Made by a program: the position numbers and the translations under genes. Shown here in pieces: positions 53,694-64,000 of a stretch of 64,000 bases of DNA. The notes below the pieces were generated by a model. It was given only the letters and a program-made list of their open reading frames with translations, was not told where the DNA came from and searched no databases. The stretch lies in assembly GCF_009914755.1 (NCBI RefSeq), contig NC_060928.1. The stretch is one strand, 5' to 3'. This stretch comes from the human T2T-CHM13v2.0 reference genome, Homo sapiens. Position 1 is the first letter of the stretch. Each line of letters opens with the position of its first letter.

Positions 53694-55541
53694 TAGTTAT
53701 TCTCACTTTCATAGTGTTTTTTATTATGCTTATCAAATTTGAACATGATAGGAAAAATCAGTTATTTGTTGTTGGATCACTTTCATTAATGGTTACTTAA
53801 TTTTGATGTGCTTTGAGAAACTGGTGTATCAGTAGCTGTGTTTGAACTTCCATTGCAGTTTTCTTAGTCTACTACTTTCTGCTACAGCGAGATGCTGTGG
53901 GAAGAGCTTTGGAGAGAGTTACCTATGGCTTTGCATTCTGACTTTTCATCGACTTTTGAATATCAATTTCTTTTATTATACCTCAACAATTTTTTTTTGT
54001 TAAACGAAATGAACTTTTGCTCACGTTCTAATGTTACCGTATTCCGCAACGTCTTGACCTATTATTCTAGGTCTCTACTGAAACAATGACCTCTCTTCCA
54101 GGATTGTCAGGGAGAGATGACTCTGAGAAAAGTCTATGATGCTACTGGTTGAACAGTTATTACTTTGGTGCCATGGACGAATTTCATTTGGAATGTTTGA
54201 TTATACCCTATTAAAATTTACACAAATTTTAAAAAATTAATCATGTTCAAGTGGTTATGTAATTCTTCCTTCTTATTTCTTGTTTTATGAAATGGTTTTC
54301 AGCTGGTTGGAATATAAGTTCAGTGAAGAAAGCTTGGAGCATAGTTGGCTCTCAATAAATGCTTGTTGTATGAATGAATGAATTACCCAGCACTATTACA
54401 TACTTATTTGAGAACTATATTTTTTCATGTTGGAAAGAATGATTTATTCACCGTATTTTATTATTTTTGTTCATTGGATTTAAATGTTCATTGGAAATTT
54501 ATTTTCTAGATGGTAAAACAGTTATATGAAGTCTAAGTATTTCAAATTAAATTTTGTAGCCTTTTGTTTATTAAATTTTAAAATAAATTTAGAATTTGAA
54601 AGCAATACTATAATCTATACATACAGAATATCTTCTTTGTTAAGAAGAGGCAGATGAATATCTTGGTTTAAGCAATACTGTCCATTTTGATGAGCTTATT
54701 TTTTGATGTTTTAGTGTAGAACAAAATAAAAAGTAGAAAACAATTTTAAATTCTGCTTACCATGCTTAATCTGGATAATCTTAATGGCTGCTGTTGCCAA
54801 CCTGATGCTAAGATTCAAAGGACTCAAAGATGAGAAAACTATCAATTTAGCAAAATGAAGATTGTCCTTTACTTGTCCTACCAATTGACAAAAAAATAGA
54901 GAACCAAAAAAGAAAAAAAAGAGAGAAAATAAAAAGAATGTGCCCCCCACCCCAGTTCCCAATGGCAAGTTGACCGAAACAAAAATATATGAAATAATAA
55001 ATGTCTCTGGATACCTGGATTTACATTCTCTTTTCCTTGCTATAAATAAATGGCTGCTGTAAGTTAGAGCAGGTGTAAATGACTGTGACTCACTGTATGT
55101 ATGGTGAAGACGTGTGTCTTGATGGGAAACAAGGGACAAGGAACATAATGAGATTCATCTGAGGGGGATTTGGGACTTAACTCCTCTTCATGTTGGAGTG
55201 AAACCAGATTCATAGCAGTAGAAGGACTCTATAAACATAATTCACTGAAATGAGAGGGTGATAAAAAGGTCCTTTTTCTTGCCTTTTGCAGGGATAAATT
55301 ACACCTGAAGCTACAGAAATGTTCTTTTCTAGTTTCAGATTAAGTGTGCTTGTATAATAAACATTTCTGTAACACTTGGCTTCTTTAACCTCGACAGCTC
55401 AATTAGGGCTGTGCGATAAAATACAACTTCTATGCACTTTGTGAACACTTAATGTGACTGAGGGCCTGTTAGCAAGAAATCTCACAGAAAATAGGTCTTG
55501 ACAAGTATTCGAGGAAATTGAATTGGCATTGTGTTTAATGA

Positions 55542-55585
<44 letters not shown>

Positions 55586-55605
55586 GCATATACATATGTA
55601 TATTC
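55542..55605. repeat. (TA)n(CA)n microsatellite
   Basis: Read directly from the sequence. Confidence 0.9.
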
Positions 55606-56084
55606 TTTAAAACTCTGTGTATTCTGATTATAATGATATATGTGAGTCTCCTTTTTTGTGTGAAAATCTCTTATTCATTATCTTTGCTATTGGCTGGAAA
55701 ACCATGAGGAAATTTGGGAAAGTTGTTATATGTAGGTACAGATGTTTAAAGAAGTCAGGAACTCTCATGATTCACAGAGTATGGAAAAGTCTTAATTCTA
55801 ATCTCTAAATTGCTGTGAATTGGAGGTAGACCCAGTGAGCCCCTTGACTTGGAGTTATATTGCTTAGTACATTTGCATATTTCTTTTCTGGAGGAGGGTA
55901 AATATTAGGGCTCTTGCGGGATTGGTTGAGAACACAACCTCAGGTAGATGAGCAGTCTGTGCATAGCGCTGTGCACGGGAGACATCTGACAACCTGTCGG
56001 AATCACTCACTACACGTTAACATTAGAAACCGCTTCCAGATAGCCTTTGTATGGTACTATCATGGTGTCATAAATTTTGTCATG

Positions 56085-56585
56085 ATTGTCTACCAAATAA
56101 GGCTTCAATTTCTTAGACTGGCTTTCAAATACCTCTGAGACCAGCCTTATTTTCAATTTAACCCCTTTTATAGTTGGATTTTCATTTTGCCTAAGGTGTA
56201 TAGAATTCCCAGTTCCAGGGAAGGGGCTTTCATGTGATTCATCGATTCAGATGGAACTTACCTTTTACTATACCGCTTCATGCCCCCAGTTTTCAGGACA
56301 GGCTGCGGTCTTTAGTGTGCTTTGTTCACTCCACATGTTTCTCCACCTTTTTCTTGTCATTCCCTCTGTGATCTCTACCAAGCTCTGTCTTTCTGGTTGT
56401 TTAAAGCCCTGTGGGTGGACCTGTCAAGTAGACCCTCCCTAGGAAGCCTTTTCTGATCCCCCAGCTGGGGGAGTCTCCCTCTGCACTCCTTTATTGCTTC
56501 ATTTTTAGTTCTTTTATGACACATCAATTTCTGTTTATATTACTGTTATTTATAGACCTGTCTCTTCTCCCTTAAGGGCAGAGTG
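56085..56585 (+). mobile_element. L2 (L2b/c-like) fragment
   Basis: ccctccctaggaagccttttctgatccccc...tttatagacctgtctcttctcccttaagggcag. Confidence 0.6.
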
Positions 56586-56949
56586 GGCAACTGATTCTCC
56601 GTCAGGGTTGGGACTAGCGCTTTTATATTCAGCTCTTATTTTTCCATTTTTATCGAGCATATTTGTGAACAGGGCCCAGCTTTCTGACAACACCAACAAT
56701 AGTGTTTAAAAAATACATAAATGTCATGTGTACATATAATATATGCAAGTGTCTATAATAATGTTGTAGGGAGGACCCAAGCCATGAAGAATGGAATATA
56801 AAAACACAGTTTGATTTGTAGAGAAAAAGGATCGTAGTGTCTTCCTGGAAAAAAAAAAAAAAAAAGGAAAATTGTGATTTCTAGCTTAAAGGGGAAACCT
56901 TACTGACTAAACACAGAAAGAAAGTTTGGGGAACATCAAAAGGTGAAAA

Positions 56950-58250
56950 GATTAATTTTTAATGTTAACAGGATGTCTCTCGAAGGGGATAATTCAGATG
57001 TCAGTTGCACGTTTTCTTTACTAGACTGGTTTATTGTCATGGTGAGGAGGAGATGGGGAAAAGCGCCTGAGCTTTTCAAAGGGCTTGTTTATGAGGGTTC
57101 AGATCAAACAAGATAAGTGGGACTACCGGGAATTCTTTATTTGCACTTCTAATTGTTTCCTTAAATGTGACCATAAAAATTCATTCAGAAAACTGCAACA
57201 GATTTAAGGAGATAAAATAAGACCTCAGATGGCTGTTAGTAATACAAATAACTTCAAGTGTTTTTGCAAATTGCATGTCAGCCGCAATTAACAATATGAT
57301 GTTTATTTTGGTGCGGATGGATACCCTCGGTAAGCAGTCTCTTTCAGTATATCAACGCTTCCTTTTATAATGTTGTCGTAATTGAAACATTTTGTCTTGC
57401 ATAAGACAGATGGGTGCGCAGCAAGTGTTCGCGACACAACCATTTATGCCGATAGAGTTTGCAGACACCAGCTCCACCTTGGCCTGTGTGCAATGGCTGC
57501 TCCCTTGTGGAGGGGACCAACGCAAACATCGGAGCTTGGATCATAATCGCCATACACTAACATTTTGCCAGATTGCAGCAATTTTGGCATTGCCTAATTC
57601 ACATGCAGTGCGATTGTGGGGAGGTTTTGAACAAATATTGATTTGTGAGAAGCAGATGAGTGTCATAATTCCCATTTTTAGTATTTCCTTTTCTCACTCA
57701 GTGTAAAAATTGTCTACCCTCTTGAGAAGAAGTAAATAAGGTATGGAAATGTTGCTCCACTGTGTGAGAAGCTAGACAAATATTTTCTTTTCTACCGCAG
57801 AATGTTTTCTGCTGCTTGTCAAAATTTCTTGTGTGCTCTGTGATTCTACACTGGTACACCGCAGCAGTGCCTGCTTTGTGACAGCACTGAGCTTGCACTG
57901 GGTATTGATAAAAGCAATATTTGGAGACTTATTGAAGTAGATTTAAACCAATTAGTCCGGTTATTAATCTGCCATCCTTCTCCTCTTGCCCTGCCATTGC
58001 AATGTTAACCATAAACTACGACTGAACCAGCAACATCCTTTCTCTGATGAGGGATGGCTTAATGAGAATGATTTTATCTCTTCTAGGGTGTTTTTTTGGT
58101 GCTCACACTCAATCATCTTGATGGCTTTGTTTTTATCATAAACATCAAATGGCATTATATTGGGAACATTATGTAACAATTAACCATATTTTAATTTGTC
58201 TGACAATTATGGAGACATAGTGCTGTCATGGAAATGGACTGTCTCACTGC
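56950..58250. promoter_or_regulatory. Putative conserved non-coding enhancer/promoter of neural type
   Basis: No recognisable repeats; 13 CpGs in 57283-57612; CAGATG at 56995, 57226, 57407 and 57653; SOX-like AACAAT at 57290; several TAAT/ATTA sites; conservation itself is inferred. Confidence 0.6.
57200..57329 (+). ncRNA. Candidate lncRNA first exon, tentatively the SOX2-OT distal isoform; 5' end unknown
   Basis: Strong donor TCG|GTAAGC at 57329/57330 inside the CpG-retaining core, with no clear upstream acceptor; locus identity is unverified recall. Confidence 0.4.
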
Positions 58251-59904
58251 CATATTAAAGACTCTGAGTGGTATATCTTTTTGGTGCAAGACTTATAAAC
58301 ACATTCTGCTTCCATCAGTTAAGAAGGGTTTTGGCTGCAAACAATAGACAACACTAATACCGTGTTTGAACATATTTTGTCATTCTTAGTATAGAGAGTT
58401 ACAGAAACTTTGGTTGGGATTTGGTTGCTGCACTTCCAGGATCCCGTCTGGGTCCCAGGCAGGAAAAGAGGAAGGGAGAAGCAAAGATCAGTGTCTGCAG
58501 AAGAAATCATCTCTTTCCAGAATTCTCATTTCATACCTTGTTAACCACTTAGATACTCCTAGCTGCAGTGGAATCTGGGGAAATACTGCACCAAGTCAGA
58601 GGTTGATTCTGCATCAAATGAAGAATGGATAATGAGATTTAGAGTCGATTAAAGTCATACTGTTTAAATATGATTTTAAAATAAGATGGTTGAATGCTTG
58701 TTGACAGTTGCTTTTCTATGTTGTAGAATTGACTCTGCTGGGCTGAATATTCCTGAGGACTGGGGCTGGGTTGAGGAGAGTTGGAGAGAGCTGGAAAACT
58801 GGAACAGATTGATATTTTTAGTTCTCAGGTCAGTTAGCTTAAAAGTCAAGGAAGCAGAGAGTAAAGTCCTCTGGTGACTGAAATATGACTCCTCGCTTTT
58901 TTTCATCAGTCTTTTGCTTTTATGCAGTCTAGCCTTATCCTTGATATGGGGAAGCTTATAAAAATTGCTACTCCATTGCTCATGACCTGCCCTATGAAGA
59001 CAAATATTTTAAGAAGATAGATAGTGTTCAGGTAAGAAAAGCCTAGACTAACATCTCCTGTATGAGAAAGAAAAAGAAAGGAGAATATACAGAGAACAAA
59101 CATGAAGTGCTGGCAAATATGATCTGCCAAGGAACTCATGTTAGTAAACCTTTGCCTGGTTTTATTTTCAATGTTTATGATTTTGCTAAGATTACAGAGT
59201 CCTTAATATTAAGGTAGTATATCCCCAAGTAGTTTCTAAGGGAAAGGCAGGTAAGTGATCAGTTGCTTTATATGAAAGTCATTCATTGACGTCAGACTAG
59301 ATTTTCACAGTTAATTTTATATTCTGACAGTTACATAAATTAATCCAGTAAATCCAACAATGCCTACCAAGATTTGTCTGGATTTGTCATGAACATTAAA
59401 ATGTCATCAGCATACATGGTAATTTATACTCCCTCTGATTAACAGTAATCCTTCTCATCTCCTGTGAGGATCTAATAACCAGAGCTAATGGCTTTAATGC
59501 TAAAATAAACAGCAGAGGATCTGAGCGACACCTCTGCTCTGTAGCTTTTGGAAATGGTCTTGTGTGTGCAGAATATTTGTGTGTGTGTGTTTTTTAAAGA
59601 ATATCAACAGCTGATTCTTATTCCAAACCAGTGTTTCAATATATCATAAAACACATTATTTTATTAGGCAAGTTTCATCTTGTATTCAGTAACATGGCAA
59701 TTAGGGTTAGTATGGTAAACATTTAGAATGCCCATAGCTCCTCAAATAAATCCATGACGGTAATCTTGACACGTAATGTTTTAAGCCACTATTAACTAAA
59801 TTACTAGTTTTGTCACTATAACATGGAGATAGCAATAGTGATGGGGCTACCACCAGCTTTTACAGGCCTATGTATGAAATAATAATAATAATAATAATAA
59901 AATG

Positions 59905-60248
<344 letters not shown>

Positions 60249-60759
60249 TCACTCAGGGTGGCAAGCAAAACTTACAGTGCCTTTGAGTTCCTGACTTTCC
60301 CCCCTAAGTGAGGTACCCTTGTGCAGGGCACAAACCACACACCAATATGAATCTGCCCTCAATGATAAGATTCTACTTAAAAAGAACAAATGGCATACCT
60401 TTAGAAGAGTTTCTAGTGGGTGACACATCTGGATAACCACACTGAACAGACAATATTGTGTGATGATTATCAGTTAATTATCTGTTTATTTGCTATGTAA
60501 AAACCATATAGATATTTTGATTTTGGAAAAGGTATACAGGTTCCTTTTCCTTTTTTTTGGAACTATACCAAATAAATGAATAAATATTAACTCTTTATCA
60601 GTTATACAGACACTTTCCATATATACAATTCCATTTATTATTTACAACAAACCTAAGCTTGTTGTAAATAGATGATGGAGCCTGAGTTGAGCGAGGTGTG
60701 CCGGGCTAACTAGCAGGCCTGGGCTCCTCAAATCCTTCTATTCAACTGTTATAAGAAGG

Positions 60760-63676
60760 GAAGGGCTACCAAAGACTAGCTTTTGCATGCCTCTAGGGAG
60801 ATGACCTCTCAGTCCTTGGACTATCCTCCCTGATAAGACAGTCTTTGAATGACTGCCTTGGTTCACCAGATAGTTAATGCCAACAGTGTGATTTCTGGTG
60901 AATAGCTCTTTTTGCATGCTTGAAGATTTGGGACACTCTGTATCCAAATTTACCCCTGGGAGGCTGTATTACATCCCCGTGTAATTGACTCCCAATAAAA
61001 TCCCTAGATGCCAAGGCTCGGGTGAGTTTCCCGTCTTATAACACTTCACATATGTTGTCACAGATCACTGCTGAGAGAATTAAGCACTGTTCTTATAACT
61101 CCACTGGGGAGAGGGCAAAGGGAAGCTTGTGCCTGGTTTCTTTTGGGTTCCTCCCTATGCATTTTTCCCTTTGTTGATTTTAATTTGTAGTCTTTCACTG
61201 TAATATGTCATTGATATGGTTTGGCTCTGTGTTCCCATCCAAATCTCATGTTGAATTGTAATTCCCAATGTTGGGGGAAGGACCTGGTGGGAGGTGATTT
61301 GATCATGGGGATGGATTTCTCCCTTGCTGTTCTCCTGATAGTGAGTGATTTTTGAGATCTGATGATTTAGCAGTGTGTGACACTTCCCCCTTGGCTCTCT
61401 CTCCTGCTCCACCATGATAAAATGTGCCTGGTTCCCCTTCACTTTCACCATAATTCTAAGTGTCCTGAGGCCTCCTAGCCATGGGCTTCCTGTACAGCCT
61501 GCAGAACTGTGAGTCAATTAAACCTCTTTTCTTCATAAATTACCCAGTCTGTTAGTTCTTTATAGCAGTGTGAAAATGGAATAATACATAAAATTGGTAT
61601 CAGAGAGGTGGGGCATTGCTATAAAGATACCTGAAAATGTGGAAATGACTTTGGAAATCGGTAATGGGCAGAGGTTGGAATAGTTTGGAGGGCTCAGAAG
61701 AAGACAGGAAGATGAGGAAAAGTTTGGAACTTCCTAGAGACTTGTTGAATGGTTGTGACCATTCTGATGCTGATAGTGATATGGACAGTGAAGTCTAGGC
61801 TGAGGAGGTTTCAGATGGGGATGAGGAACTTATTGGGAACTGGAGTAAAGGTCATTCTTGCTATGTTTTAGTGAAGAGACTGGTGGCATTGTGCCCCTGC
61901 TCTACAGATCTGTGGAACTTTGAACTTAAGAGAGGTAATTTAAGGTATCCAGCAGAAGAAATCTCTAAGCAGCAAAGAATTCAAGATGTAGATTGGCTGC
62001 TTCTAAAAGCCTATACTCATCTGCATAAACAAAGAGATGATCTGAAATAGAAACATATTTAAAAGGAAAGCAGAGCATAAAAGTTTGAAAAATTTGCAGC
62101 CTGACCATGTGGTAGAAAAGAAAAACCCATTTTCTCAGGAGGAACTCAAGCCAGTTGCAGACATTTGCATAAATAAAGAAGAACCAAACCTTAATAGACA
62201 AGACAATGGGGAAAATGCCTCCAGGGCATTTCAGAGATCTTCACAGCAGCCCCTCCCATCACAGGCTAGGTCTAGGAGGGAAAAATGGTTTTGTGGGCCA
62301 GGCCCAGGGCTCTTGGGACATGGCACCCTGCATCCCAGCTGCTCCAATGGCTAAAAGGGGCAAGAGTATAGCTTGGGCTGTGGCTTCAGAGGTTGCAAAC
62401 CCCAAGCCTTGGCAGCTTCCATGTGGTGTTGGGCCTGCAGATACACATAGGGCAAGAGTTGAGGTTTGGGTAGATACCTAGATTTCAGAGGATATATGGA
62501 AACACCTGGATTTCCAGGCAGAAGTCTGCTGCAGGGGCAGAGCCCTCATGGAGAACCTCCACTAGGGCAGTGTAGGGGGAATATGTGGGGTTAGAGTCTC
62601 CACACTGAGTAACTCCCCACTGGGGTACTGCCTAGTGGAGCTGTGAGAAGAGGGCCACCGTCCTTCAGACCCCAGAGTGGTAAATTCACTGATAGCTGAC
62701 ACTGTGCACCTGGAAAAGCTGCAGGAACTCCATGCCAGCCATGAAACCAGCCACAAGAGCTGTACCCTGCAAAGCCACAGGGGTGCAGCTGCCCAAGGCC
62801 TTGGGAGCCCACTTCTTGCATCAGCGTGCCCTTTATGTGAGACATGAAGTCAAAGGCAATTATTTTGGAGCTTTAAGATTTAATGACTGCCCTGCTGGGT
62901 TTCGGACTTGTGTGGGCCCTGTAGATTCTTTGTTTTGGCCAATTTCTTTTATTTGGAATGGCAGCATTTACCAAATGCCTGTACTTCCACTGTATCTTGG
63001 AAGTAACTAACTCATTTTTAATTTGACAGGCTCATAGGTGGAAGGGAATTGCCTTGCCTCAGATCAGACTTTGGACTTGGACTTTTGAGTTAATACTGGA
63101 ATGAATTACAACTTTGGGGGATTGTTGGGGATGCATGGTTGGTTTTGAAATGTGAGAAGGAAAATGAGATTTGAGAGGGGCCAGGGCCAAAATGATGTGG
63201 TTTGGCTCTGTGTCCCCACCGAAATCTCATGTTGAATTTTAACTCCCAATGTTGGGGGAGGCACTTTGTGAGATGTGATTGGATCATGGGGGCAGATTTC
63301 CCCCTTGCTGTTCTCATGATAGTGAGTGAGTTCTCAGAAGATCTGATGGTTCAAAAGTGTATGACACTTCCCCCTTCACTCTTTTTCTCTCCTGCACCAA
63401 TGTGGTAAGATGTGCTGGCTTCCCCTTTGCCTTCCATCATGACTGTAAGTTTTCCAAGACCTCCAAGCTATGCTTTCTGTACAGCCTGTGGAACTGTGAG
63501 TCAAACCTCTTTTATTTAATTTTATAAATTACCTAGTCTCAGGTAGTTCTTTATAGCAGTGTAAGAACAGACTAATGCAGTCATATTGAGTATAACAGTT
63601 TTTCTGTTATATTAGCAAATCCTTCTATTAATAGTAAATTACTGAAACTGAGGATGGTCTTGGGGATCCTTGACAC
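60760..63676 (+). mobile_element. MER21 (MER21B-like) LTR split by an MSTA provirus (pieces ~60760-61211 and 63580-63676)
   Basis: cctgataagacagtcttt, ccaataaaatccctagatgccaaggctcgggtgagtttccc, ggaagcttgtgcctggtttc; resumes as tgagtataacag...tggtcttggggatccttgacac. Confidence 0.8.
61212..63579 (+). mobile_element. Full-length MSTA provirus (5' LTR 61212-61588, internal 61589-63192, 3' LTR 63193-63579)
   Basis: Paired LTRs tgat.tggtttggctctgtgt...aat(a/g)ca; MaLR internal aagatacctgaaaatgtggaa; polypurine tract before the 3' LTR; perfect TSD gtcat at 61207-61211 and 63580-63584. Confidence 0.95.
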
Positions 63677-64000
63677 CAGAGGTTATGTGATTTGCTTTGA
63701 TCATGCAGAAAATTGTGGCAGATCCAGGATTTGAACAGATACTTTTGGCTCTGAATCAAATTTTTTTCTTTTTCCTCAATTATCTGTTAGAAACTCAATA
63801 TCACCCCTTTCTATGCTCTCTCTTCTATCTTCAGTGAGGAGCATTTCTATAATATATAGAAGGTAGATGAGAAAAAGATACCATATTATATTTGTTCCTC
63901 TGGAATGGCAGGAAGATGCATGGGCCTTAGCAGACATGAAATTTTGCAGTGACTTTCAGGCTTTTTCCTACAGGTCACCTATCTTTTTGCTGGAGGTGCA

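Noticed and set aside
54711-55139. 142-aa minus-strand ORF
   Set aside because: Low-complexity F/L-rich translation of an A-rich tract, non-ATG start
57392-57706. 104-aa ORF over the CpG-retaining element
   Set aside because: Starts at TTG, resembles no protein I know and lies just 3' of a strong donor; regulatory constraint explains the sequence better
61965-63408. ORFs in the MSTA internal region and LTRs
   Set aside because: Fragmented MaLR internal ORF with several stops and frameshifts

Overview
This is AT-rich, CpG-depleted primate (very probably human) non-coding DNA, and no protein-coding exon can be supported. Much of it is interspersed repeats: 8 Alus (including a young AluYa5-like copy), L1PA/L1PB/L1MA/L1ME/HAL1-like fragments, L2, MIR, MER33/MER1B/Tigger3 DNA elements, MLT1/THE1 solo LTRs and a complete MSTA provirus nested in a MER21 LTR. 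I found no convincing new multi-gene system. The signals most worth checking are: (1) a ~640-bp retrocopy of an mRNA 3'UTR with poly(A), AATAAA and target-site duplication (TSD), recalled as MME/neprilysin; (2) a CpG-retaining, repeat-free core near 57 kb with four same-strand CAGATG E-boxes and a strong splice donor, resembling a conserved neural enhancer/lncRNA first exon (tentatively the SOX2-OT distal region, unverified); (3) a perfect 50-bp copy of ancient L1 sequence 828 bp from its source; (4) a ~730-bp AT-rich VNTR built from palindromes; (5) an old, diverged local duplication. Repeat subfamily names and gene identities come from recalled consensus sequences, and boundaries of old repeats are approximate.
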